Shown here in pieces: positions 13,899 through 25,369 of a stretch of 64,000 nt of DNA. Under the pieces are notes generated by a model. The model searched no databases. It had not been told where the DNA came from and saw only the letters and a list, made by a program, of their open reading frames with translations. Source of the stretch: Phoronis australis (Eukaryota; Animalia; Phoronida); the NCBI GenBank assembly GCA_002633005.1, contig NMRA01000055.1, positions 62,001 through 126,000 on the forward strand, in the 5' to 3' direction. The translations under genes were made by a program, and so were the position numbers. How positions within the stretch are numbered: the first letter of the stretch is position 1; each line of letters opens with the position of its first letter.

Positions 13899-16387
13899 TT
13901 ATTACTCTGCGCGTGTAAGCGCAGAGTCCTGTTGTTCCTGGGTTTTCTTCAATTTTTACTCTGCGCGTGTAAGCGCAGAGTACTGTTGTTCCTGGGTTTT
14001 CTTCAATTTTATTCTTATTCTTCTTATTCTTCTTCCGACCAACTTTGAGGCTTAATAACTCCAAATTGGGTGCAGGTACGGTCTTTAAATTCAGCATATG
14101 ACATTTGACAGTAAATAAATTTTGATTGGTTATATAATCATATTCCATATTGCACCGGAAAAGGTCGTTTGGTGCAAACGTCATATAATTTTCAAAATGC
14201 TACTCCTCCTTCAGTTTTAAAGCTATCTTTTTCAAATTCGGTGCAAAGGTATAAGTCAACATGACAATTTAAAAAATTACTTTTCTAAGTAATCGGGTCA
14301 TCCAATCAGGTGAAACAGGTCAAAGGTCATTAGGTGCAAACTAAAATTTTGAGCTAGACACTTCAAATTGACAGGTCTGATTGCCACAGGTAAATCAAAT
14401 CGGAATCCAAAGTTTCAGGTCAATTAGTGCAAACATGGGGTCATTAGGTGCATTTTTCGTCTGAAAATTTGACCTATTCAATCAGCAAGTATTCTGATGT
14501 GTCAACCGTTAGACAAGTGTGATTCTCAGCGTTAAACACCTTTTCCATGGGCTTTGCAATAATTCTCCTAAAGATGCTTAAAATGCACCGGATAAGGTCA
14601 ATTAGTGCAAAGGTCATGTAATGTTCAAAATGTTATATCTCTTACGTTTTTCAAGGAATTCTTTTCAATTTCAGCACACTGGTGTAAGTCAACATGCCAA
14701 TTGAATACCCTACTTTTCTTCGCAATAGGCCTAACCAATCAGAACAAAATAGGTCAAAGGTCATTGAGTGCAAACTAAAATTTTGAGCTAGAGAGTTCAG
14801 AATTACATATCTGTTTACTTAGTGCGATTGAGTTTGAATTCTAAATTTTCAGGTCATTTGGTGCACCCATGGGGTCATTAGGTGCATTTTTACTCTGAAA
14901 GTTTGACCACTTCATTCATCTTGTATTCTGAAGTGCTTAAAGTAAAACATCTGTGATTATTAGCATTAACCACACTTTTAACCAAGTTAACAATTACTCC
15001 CTCATCGGGGTTTATAATGCACCGGAAGAAGTCAATTAGTGGAAAGGTCATCAAAAAATTAATACGTAATTTCTCCTACAATTTTAAAGAATTCCTTTTC
15101 ATATTGGTAAACAGGTTGCTGTCAGAAACTTCCCATACTAATTCCAGTAATACGCACGCGCAGAGTCCGTTATTGTCACGCCGTGACAATAATCCTTCTT
15201 ATTCTTATTCCTATTCTTCTTCCGACCAACTTTGAGGCTTAATAACTCCAAATTGGGTGCAGGTACGGTCTTTAAATTCAGCATATGACTTTTGACAGTA
15301 TATAAATTTTGATTGGTTATATAATCATATTCCATATTGCACCGGAAAAGGTCGTTTGGTGCAAACGTCATATAATTTTCAAAATGCTACTCCTCCTTCA
15401 GTTTTAAAGCTATCTTTTTCAAATTCGGTGCAAAGGTATAAGTCAACATGACAATTTAAAAAATTACTTTTCTAAGTAATCGGGTCATCCAATCAGGTGA
15501 AATAGGTCAAAGGTCATTATTTGCAAACTAAAATTTTGAGCTAGACACTTCAAATTGACAGGTCTGATTACCACAGGTAAATCAAATCGGAATCCAAAGT
15601 TTCAGGTCATTTAGTGCAAACATGGGGTCATTAGGTGCATTTTTCTTCTGAATATTTGACCTTTTCAATCAGCAGGTATTCTGATGTGTCAACCGTTAGA
15701 CAACTGTGATTCTCAGCGTGAAACACATTTTCCATGGTCTTTGCAGTAATTCTCCTGAAGATGCTTACAATGCACCGGATAAGGTCAATTAGTGCAAAGG
15801 TCATGTAACGTTCAAAATGTTATATCTCTTACGTTTTTCAAGGAATTATTTTCAATTTCAGCACACTGGTTTAAGTCAACATGCCAATTGAAGACCCTAC
15901 TTTACTTTACAATAAGTCTAAAAATCAGAAACAATAGGTCAAAGGTCATTGAGTACAAACTAAAATTTTGAGCTAGAAACTTCAGAATTACGTATCTGTT
16001 TACTAAGTTCGATTGAATTTGAATTCTAAGTTTTCAGGTCATTTGGTGCAACCATGGGGTCATTAGGTGCATTTTTCTTCGGAAAGTTTGACCAATTCAT
16101 TCATCTTGTATTCTGAAGTGCTTAAAGTAAAACATCTGTGATTTTTAGCATTAACCACAGTTTAATCGAGTTTACAATTATTCTCTCATCTTGGCTCATA
16201 ATGCACCAGAAGAGGTCAATTAGTGGAAAGGTCATCTAAATATTAACATCTAATTTCTCCTACAATTTTAACGAATTAATTTTCAAATTGGTAAAGCGGT
16301 TGGTGTCAGTAACTTCCCATAACAATTCCAGTAATACGCACGCGCAGAGTCCGTTATTGTCACGCCGTGACAATAATCTTTCTAGTT
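13899..16387 (+). mobile_element. Head-to-tail dimer of a Helentron-type non-autonomous element (HINE), unit about 1187 bp with about 433-bp internal repeats
   Basis: 5' subTIR hairpin actctgcgc-gtgtaa-gcgcagagt, a (TTC/TTATTC) microsatellite, 3' subTIR cacgcgcagagt (15155, 16339), 3' hairpin ttattgtcacg-c-cgtgacaataa, and a ctagtt end at 16382-16387. Confidence 0.75.
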
Positions 16388-16963
16388 GTGTCTACGCGGG
16401 AACGCAGCCTGGTGCGTACACAGGAAATTTCGCTGATCGTGGTTTTTTCACAAGATTTCCTATGAAAGACTGCCTTTCCGATATAGCATTTTATGGATTG
16501 GGGTATTTACAAAAAGTTTTAATTGAGGACCCTGGCCATTTCAGTGCTGGCCTTTAGCCTTGGTTACGTCAGTCGGTCGGTTAAATGGCCTGGGTGAAAG
16601 CATAGATTATGGTGAAAGTCATTCCATCGACTTCACTTCCTTTAGCATCCATTGCGTTATATATACTTCTTCGATCCTGTCGCCGCCAAACTTGCCAATA
16701 CTCGGCTTCGCGGCAACTATCACCTATCAGTGTTTTGCCACATTGCACCCGTGTTTTGTTTTGTCAGAGGTCGCCCGTGTTTTGTCACAATACTGCATTT
16801 GTGCACAATGGTGTGTGATCACTAGTTTAGTGCCTCACGTTTTCGTGGTCTTCAATTCATTTCTATGTAGAAATGTTGGTACGTCTTGGTCAAGCCACAC
16901 TGGGATCAGTAAAACACGAATGCCCTGTAAACCTCGACAACCCACGAAATGAGTTTGGAGGAT

Positions 16964-17450
16964 GTTGACTCGAAGCTTCCATCACCAGCGGAATTGCTAT
17001 TTGGCCGACCAGTCGTCACGACTCTACCGAGCCGCTATGAACCTGGTGAGGATGCACATCGCAGAAGATTGGATGAACGAGCTACAAACATGAAGGACCA
17101 TCATGACAAATAATACTGCAAACAAACGCATCCAAGTTTGTTTCGTGGTCAGCATGTTCAAATCCTCGACAGAAACCAAGACTTGGCGCCCGGGTAACAT
17201 CGTACACCAAGACTAGAAACCGGACAGTTATAGGCCTATCGTCGAAACCCCAAATGGCATAAGGCTTCGCCGCAATAGACACCATTTGCGAGACATGGTG
17301 CCGAAACGTGTTCATTTCAGCGACGACACTCCTACTCACTCGACATCTTCCGACACATCAGAGGATTCTCTCAGTACACCAGCAGTAGATAAACCACAAT
17401 CACGAGATCTGAAGACTTCAAGACCATCTCGCTACAAGGATTTTGTTTAA
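16964..17450 (+). pseudogene. Gypsy LTR-retrotransposon integrase C-terminal remnant
   Basis: Translates DSKLPSPAELLFGRPVVTTLP ... RRNRHHLR ... RPSRYKDFV*, with stops and frameshifts. Confidence 0.75.
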
Positions 17451-17576
17451 GTCTTAGGACACTACTAATAAGACATTTATATGCGTATACTTATACTTAC
17501 TTAGCACCTGCTACAATTAAGCTCCAGTTTTCATCATTGATCATTGCTTATAACCGTATTTACTAAAGAGGGGGGA

Positions 17577-17721
17577 TGTTGTAGTATCGTATTACTACGT
17601 AGCGTAGTTATATATTGCTGTGAATGAAGTAGTTCTCTCGGTACTTAGTTTTCAAATATAAACCCACTGTCCTAAACCTGGTTTCTTCATTATCGCCTTT
17701 AACTGATCAAGTAATACTTCA
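17577..17721 (+). mobile_element. 3' LTR of the Gypsy remnant
   Basis: Polypurine tract aaagagggggga directly followed by TGTTGTAGTA. The imperfect inverse end TAATACTTCA makes the right boundary tentative. Confidence 0.55.
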
Positions 17722-19676
17722 GAGGAAAGTTTGGAAACTAGTCCTTTCAAAGATGCTGAACAGCCGGGCAAGTGTGACCTACGGTTTTAGCGAATTGCAT
17801 GGCAACTGTTGGAAGCGACCACCAACCAAGGGCCATAATGTGCAATTTGTGACACTAGGACTCACTAGCTGAAATATGGGTTTTAGTTGTTTCCGCCTTT
17901 AACTTGGAAGTTTGACGCCAATGATGCATTAGCAGGTGACAGAATCAGGATTGAAAAACTTGATTTAGTATCTAAAGGGTTGCTTATTAAATTTACAGTC
18001 CGTAATTTTATTCAATAAGCTCTGCACAAGAAATGTTTTGAGTGAACAACTAAATGGCCTTGCTCAAAATCGGGTGTCGGAGAGGCCAGATACATTACGG
18101 CATTCTCTTGTTCAGTGACTTTACCAGACGTAGAGGTTTGTGAGCGTGTGATCTGGCTCCTTTGTTAACTGCCAAGCACATTATGTTGTCATCTGGTATG
18201 ACAACAGGCAGGCCTACCAGGCACAGACCACGTGTGAATACAGTTAAACCCAACTTAAAAAGCGAATAGCGGAGTTGCAACGCCGCCATGTTGGAAATGG
18301 GTCAGAATGTTGCATTGTGGTTAAGCTGGTAAACAAGTACGTCGGCAAGCGTGGGGGCGAACCGGCCACAGGGAGGTTATACGTGTTGTGTGCCTGGCAT
18401 GCTATAATACCAGTTAGCAAAATAAAAAATTTAGTTACTACCTGTTTCCCAAGGATCAAGAACTGCGTTAAACATGGGTCAGAGACATCGGTAGAGCTGG
18501 TAGCAAAGGCCGACTTCGTGAATTCTTTCCGACTTCGTAGCATAAAGTGTGCAGCGCTCATTTTGAGGGCGGCAAGAAAACGTATCTTAGAAACTGCCCA
18601 ACAATATCTCCCTTCAAAGAAACAGTAACAAATACTCCACGGCGGTTGGTAGTGAAAAAAAAACTTGTTTTCGCTTGACCAGAACCAAGCCAACATGAGC
18701 AATTTTGAGGATAATGCCTCTGCACAATCACCTGTTCTGGGTCGACTCACTTAACGTATGCACACTATATGCATTACGCGCTAAGATAAAGCGTGCATAT
18801 TATTATTATTTACTTTCTACAAAATTGTGGTACATTGCTATCAAAATTCGTTGTTAAATTGCGATCATTTTTCATAAAATTTTGTTGAAGTTCCATGGCG
18901 AAATCTTGCCGACAAATGCGTAGCTGCTGGTCTCGCAATCGTCGATAGGGCTTGAATTCTTAAATAAGAATACAGCTTTGACTCAACAAATTACCTGAAA
19001 TCCTCCTCAAGTTTTCCAAATAGCGTCTCTAAGATTTTTAAGTTCTTGTGAAGTCTGGATTAACTGCAGATTAAGTCCAAATCTACGCTAGATTGTAGCA
19101 CGCAACCCGAGAAAAATCTCTGTGGGAACACATGTTGTTGTCACGTGACGTTTGTTTTGAAGTTTGTATGCGTGTGTGTGAGAGTAAGCGTGCGTGTGCT
19201 TGTCAGAGTTCATTTGCCAGAGTAATGTAATGATCTAGGTGTGCATTGTATCCAAAAAAAAAAAAATCAAGCAGTCAAGCAGAGCGTGTTTTAATATTTA
19301 CGACTTAGCACTTGCTGGCCTCATCTGCTAAAAACGTTCGAGAATTTTTTCGGTAAGACCGACATGTCACTCATTGAGTCGCCGGGTGAGTGGATGCGTG
19401 ACCGTAGTGTAACAGCTATTTCCCGGAAGATTTGGGGTGTAAGGGTGCGAAGTGGGTCATTTTGACCTTAAAAACACCAATTATGATTAGTTAAATAATT
19501 TCTCTTAAAAATAATGCAGAAGCTTTTTACGGTATTGGAAACTTTCGGAAATTAGTGCCAATATTTATTTGCCGATGCTATGTTACCCGATTAATCTTCG
19601 ATGACAGTCGGTACATTATGCAGCGCGCGCTTCTTGGTCGCGTGCTAACACTGGTCGAGTTTTTTTTTTTAGTCTT

Positions 19677-19915
19677 CGATTCACGGTTTTCACATGCACA
19701 AAGAAGTTTGAGGCCGGAGAAGATCTGTACTGGAAAGAAACAATGCAATCCCGCTCTTTGACAAGTACGCTGTGTCTGTTTTCAAAGTCCAGACCCGCGT
19801 AGTGGGGCACATCCCTCGCAAGAGCAGCAAAACTTCTGCGTTCTTTTTGAATCGCGGCGTAAGTTTGAAGTGTATACGGACATAACGGTGAGGCTCGTGG
19901 TCCGTTACAAATTCA
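19677..19915 (+). pseudogene. HIRAN-domain ORF remnant inside a pogo-like DNA transposon (about 19530-20073)
   Basis: Reads IHGFHMHKEV* ... FDKYAVSVFKVQTRVVGHIPRKSSKTSAFFLNRG. Right end gggcgctaattagggcgaatagcgg with repeated gggcgc(t) subterminal motifs. Confidence 0.6.
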
Positions 19916-20579
19916 GGCTGTCGGATCTTTCAATTGATAAATTGGAGACGTTAGAACTGTAGGTAAGGGCATTTTTCGCATGTAGTTCATGGGCTGGGCG
20001 CTTACTTTAGCAAAGTCTGAAAACGCGTTGGGGCACTTGTTGAGCCATGGGCGCTAATTAGGGCGAATAGCGGCAGAATTACATACAGCAGCGTAGTTTA
20101 ATGCACACAAATTACATGTCGTGCAAACCAGTCGGCCATCCCGTTTACCATCAACAATACCAGTAGCCTTTGCGCACCCTAATTTCCGGACATGCGCAAT
20201 CGTTAAATCGATTCGGTTGCAACTCCGCTATTGGTACGTTCGGAGAGAATAGATTGTCGTAACTTCGGTTGCAGTTGGGCGATTTTGGCGATTCAAATAT
20301 TAAACATGATCAGCATTTTTGATGATGAATTCAGAAATGCTGTTGGTTTGTATTCAGATATGCTATAACTTAAAACTTTTATTTTTAACAGCACAGCCCG
20401 GCCAGTCAGGCTTTAGATACGGTCTTATTGGAGATTAGAGCAATTATCGAACAAAAAAAGAGCTGGCCCTCCAAAAATGCCAGAATTTAGTTAATCAGTC
20501 GTGTAAGATACTGGCTTCAGGGGTCATCTTCCCAACTTGTAGGGCAACGGAAAATTTGCATAGTAATTAGAATCGACCT

Positions 20580-20775
20580 GTTTATAAATATGAGCACACC
20601 CCCATCACTTTCGCATTACACCCAAGGCTCCCATTCACTCCTTTACGTACATACATCACTATATATGACCTTGCTCGGAAGAGTTGGAGACACCTTTCTG
20701 CAATGCTCGACTGTCAGCCAGGATTCGAACTGTGGTCCCCAAACGGGAGCCTGAGCAGCACTGTCTCCTCGACTT
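20580..20775 (-). mobile_element. Degenerate tRNA-derived SINE-like sequence
   Basis: ggattcgaac at about 20721 is the reverse complement of a Pol III B box (gttcgaatcc). Boundaries are approximate. Confidence 0.3.
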
Positions 20776-21075
20776 TAAATACGCGCATCTTGAATATACT
20801 TTCAATGTGTGTCCTGGTGACATACAATGTCACAGTTGGCAACGTGTATTCTAGTGATGCAGTCAGACGGCATTTAGAGAACCCTGACGCGACGCAAGTT
20901 CAGCGGCTGCGATGTCGGACTTGGCATTCCGAGGCTGGACGACTATGATTCAATGATTTTTTAAATGCAATAGGAAAGTCTTCTTGAACATCGCTTGTTA
21001 CTCGAGTTTACACCAAGAGAGAGTTGAGCTCACTTGCTTGCAGACATTCGCGCAATCCTTGCCTTCATTCCTAAT

Positions 21076-21788
21076 CTATTTTCGACGCAAGATGTACACT
21101 CGAATGGTATGCTTGATTCCTTGGCGAAACTGCTTGTTCGTCACGGCGTATATCCACGGGTTGAAGCTTGAGTTGCTATGCGCTACGTACAAAAGGACCG
21201 CGTGGACTGTGTGAGGTAACGCTTGAACGAAATTGTACATACTGACGACCACGTAAGGACTCCAAAGAACAACAAGTGTCAAGAAAATCAAAAACAAAGT
21301 TTTAGCAAGTCTTGTGGAGTCTCGTCGTTCTTGCCTTTTCTTATTTTCGGCGTACGTGCCGTTGAATGTAGGCTGGATTTTAGCGCGTGCCGATTTTGTA
21401 AATCTGTAAATCTTGTAGTAGCAAACGAAAATAGCGAACACGGGAATTCCTACCCCCGTGAGTGCAAAGGTTAAGGTGACGGAGAACTCACTCGTTCTGT
21501 CCCAAACGCACGTGAATGCCCTGTTGTCAAAACCATAACCTCCCCATCCAGTCAAAAGGGCTATGGGCACGACAGTGGCGGTAAACCATACCAGGGCGCA
21601 CAAAAGAGCCGTGTTGCGCATCTTGAAAATGGACAGGTAAGATGAAAAGCGACAGATATGAATATAGCGGTTCACAGCAATGGCTGCTATAGTGAGAAGC
21701 GAACAGTAGCAGCATGTCAAGCACACGAAGCCAACGAAGTCGCAGAAGATGGAGCTATTGTGATACATGTCTGGTCCTAGAAGAATTC
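21076..21788 (-). CDS. Melatonin-receptor-like GPCR exon 2, second copy (TM3-TM7; no own exon 1 seen)
   Basis: tttacag acceptor (phase 1). Open frame GILLGPDM...AIAVNRYIHIC...WSPY...NSSFNPWIYAVTNKQFR...RRK*. About 39 differences in 237 aa and no indels versus 40499-41274. Confidence 0.75.
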
Positions 21789-22005
21789 CTGTAAATGGTA
21801 AAAAATCGTCTTGCAAACCATCTTGAAAACTTGAAGGGATTAAAATTAAAATTCTTGAATAATCAGACCAAGGACATATCGCTCTTTTAAGTTTACTACA
21901 CTGTACTTTCTGCTGTCCTGTGCAGGTTGCTAGCGCAAAGTGAGTGCTGGTATTTGTTGTAGTTATTGGCGCCAAGTAACAACAAAAACATTAATGTTGA
22001 TAAAT

Positions 22006-23319
22006 AACAGCAAGAATGAAAGCGCTCCGAGGAGCGAAACTTGGCGAAATTAACCAAAACGATGACGAGAAAGATGATGACGAAGATGACAACGATGGTG
22101 GCGAGGATGAAAAAAAGAAGTAATAATAACATACACATGACGAACGTAGAAGTCCGAAATCAGTAAAAAAAAGGCTACAGTCTTGAGCGACACTTGGCGA
22201 AATTAACGGAAAAGACAACGACGGAGATGATGACGAAGATGATGACGAATATGATGATGGTGGTGGCGATGATGAACAACATCACGACATTCATATGACG
22301 AACTTAGATGTCATAAATCAATAAGAAATAGGCTACAGTCTAGTTCAATAGAAGATAAACAAACATCAATGCAGCAAGAGCGCTAAACAAAGGAACAGCG
22401 TTATCAGAAAATCTCAAATAACTCAAAAAGTAGACGTCCTAGCGAAAAATGGAAACATCTTCTGAAAGCCCGTTCAAAATTTTATCTAAACTGATGGTAT
22501 CGCCTAATTCCGTAAATTTTTTGAAAAAAAATGAAATTTTGCGTTTTTTTAAGAAATTCAAAGTCAAATAACTCGAAAACGGTAAGTCTGAGAAAAAATT
22601 TGTTGCAGGCCATTTGAAAGATTATACTTCAAAGAATCTACATGCAAAAAATCACGTCTTTTTCTCTTCCCGTTTAAAATCGCACTCCAGACGACTGAAA
22701 ATGGGTCAACATGCGCCAGATCCGCCATCTTGAAAGCAACTTCCGGTTTTTTGGTTTTGTGTAATAGCATGTTATAAGAAACTGATACCTGTGAAAATTC
22801 GAAGGAATTGGTCTTATAATACGCCCTCTAGAGGAGAAAACGTTTTTAGGCCAAAATCGAGGTGCGCATGCGCGATCGCCGATATTTCCGCCATCTTTAA
22901 TCGGAAGTGAGCAATTTCCAGTATACTTGTAGCAAACTTCCGTTCCATTTACTGTGCCGATTCTTAGCCTTTTACGTAAAAAATTGTAGCCTCCAGAAGC
23001 ATTTGAACCTTTAAATGGAAACAAAATGGCCGCCACAGCCGCCATCTTGGATCCGATTTTGACGAAAAACAATAGGCTTCCAGTACTTCCGGAACTACGT
23101 GTTATGTGTAAATTTCGTGATGATCGGACGAAAATTGCGACCTGTATCGTGCGAACAAACAAAAAAACTTAGTGGAAGAGCAACATACTTGGCGAAATTT
23201 ATTTCTACAAGTAAAAAAAAAAAACTTGCTGTCAGGCCAACATACTTGGCGGAAGAATTCCGCCAAGTAAAAACTTAGTGGAAGAGCAATATACTTGGCG
23301 AAATTTATTTCGCCAATAA
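22006..23319 (-). mobile_element. Second Helentron-type HINE with reiterated terminal hairpin modules
   Basis: SubTIR acttggcgaaatt at about 22039 and 22192, hairpin cgctccgaggagcg at 22023, and three ttggcg-hairpin modules at 23166-23320. GAT/GAC-rich duplication of about 150 bp at 22040-22341. Confidence 0.55.
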
Positions 23320-23745
23320 TAACAACATTTATATTAAAGAGCAAAAGTATTTATAACAACAACATCGTTAACAACTCTAGTAGAACCAATACATCAACAA
23401 CACGTTTAATAATAATAAGGGAAATTATAGTATAATAATAATGATAATTTCATAGTACCAACAACATTAATTATATTAACACTAATAACAAAAGTAATAA
23501 CACTAATAATAATTGTAATAATAACAGTACTTATTTAGTTATTATAATAGCAACAGTGAAGGTGATATTATTATAACTGAAATTATTGATACCAACAAGA
23601 CCAGCAATTATTGTTGTTGCTGCTGTTATTGTTATCATTATTGCAGTTATATTCAGAACAACTTATTTAATAATTGTAATATTATTTGTAATCACACTAA
23701 TATTAATAATAATAATTATAATAACAGATATCATAGCAGCAGTAA
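23315..23745. repeat. Degenerate (AAT)n low-complexity tract
   Basis: Directly visible. Confidence 0.8.
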
Positions 23746-24170
23746 AAATGACGTTGTTGCTAAGGCCACATGAATCATGTACTAGGTAGGGAAGTAATAT
23801 TTTTTAATTGATGTTTGAATCGAGTTCGATTTTTCTTTTAGACTAGACACCACCCGCTTTTAAGAAGTCAAAGCGGGAAGCTTTCAACGAAGAACTTAAT
23901 AGATGCTCTCAAGATTCAACTACAGGCTAAGGACTATAAAATCGTCATTTTATCAATTTAAATTACTTACCTTAATAAATTGGTCTAAACGTGTTCTTTA
24001 GATCAAAAAATATAATATATGGGCTAGGAAACAACGAAGATTTCGTTATGTTTTCAGACCAAGGGTAAAAAAATTTCAGGTCACGCCGTGACCTTACGTT
24101 TCATGACGTTGTTGTTAAAAAGATAGGGTACTTTCAGTTCTTCTCGAACCCAGAGATTACTTCTAAACTA

Positions 24171-24910
24171 AACAAGAGCAACGTGGAGCGTTGAAATGCG
24201 CCCACGAACGCATTGCAAATGGTGTGCTTTCAGGGTTATCTATTTGTATCATAAAAATACCCACTAGACGGTGCAAAAACATACAATCCATCCAAAACCG
24301 GGAACATACCATATTTCATAAAAATCTGTCAAGAAACAAAGGAAAACAGAATATATATATAATGAAAATGCCACTAGTGGGCACAGTGTCCGTTGGATCC
24401 GCCTTTGAAGATACTGAGTTAAACGTAAAGAACTAAAATTATCACTAGGTGGCACAGCAGTACAGTCAGATCTGTCCGAAAGTCGTCGTCATCCGTAGTC
24501 AACGTCATGCAAATACACTTCCTAAATTAAGTAAAGATCCTGCGAACGGTTTAGGAGATATAGCCATGGTCGCAACAAAAACAAAACTGCCACTAAGAGG
24601 CCCCACAGTAGTCGAAATCGTCGTAAAATCATCGTCAACCGTCCTCTTTATAGTAAGCACATACATGTACATGCCAATTTTCACAATCATCTTTTAGCGG
24701 TTTGGTTGATAGAGGGGTGGACGCAAAAAAACAGACTCGAAAACAGTAAAAATGGCCACTAGGTGGCTCAAACTACGTCGAATCTATCCGAAAACAGGAG
24801 AATAGCGTCATCTCGCTAATAGGTGCCTACATATTAAATTTCATAAAAATCCGTTAAAGACTTTTGAAGATACAAAGGAAAATGTAAAAAAATAAAATTG
24901 CCACTACGTG
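24171..24910 (-). mobile_element. HINE-like element with diverged internal repeats
   Basis: Starts aacaagag with hairpin cgtggagcg...cgcccacg. A ccactag(a/g)tgg-type motif recurs at about 24261, 24372, 24443, 24590, 24756 and 24901. Confidence 0.45.
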
Positions 24911-25252
24911 TAACTGTGTAACTAACAGTGTAACTGTTCTACTGAACTGGCTTTAAATAAAACATTCAAGTTTATTCCATGCGAACCACTATATAATTAG
25001 AAAATGGATTTGTTCAATTCCTTGTGGGTTTAAGACAATCAACGATTCCAATCTTCGAGTAGCGTAGCAATGAGCGGAAAAGATTCGACTCACCTGGAAT
25101 ATTCGAAAGAGTCTCTTACATAAGCCCCCATCCCATGGACTCTTTCTGAAAAAAAAATCGAAAAAGACCATGGTGGCTGTATTCACACCTCCTCCTTCAT
25201 CACCACGTGTCTTCTGGTGATTTTTTTATTTTTCTTTCCAAACAACACGAGT

Positions 25253-25259
25253 GTATGTG

Positions 25260-25299
<40 letters not shown>

Positions 25300-25306
25300 T
25301 GTGTGT
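25253..25306. repeat. (GCGT)n microsatellite
   Basis: Directly visible. Confidence 0.95.
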
Positions 25307-25369
25307 AAAGTGAGCCATTTTCGATAAGTACTTTCTCAGCAACGGATACACCGATTTTTTCAATTTTTT

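Noticed and set aside
18095-18750. 168-aa and 117-aa ORFs as a gene or Crypton recombinase
   Set aside because: Only vague motif resemblance, with no catalytic residues or splice structure I can support.
21789-21975. N-terminal 62 aa of the 299-aa ORF (and 41275-41365 of the 288-aa ORF)
   Set aside because: Intron read-through upstream of clear AG acceptors; the true TM1-TM2 is in the exon at 42029-42287.
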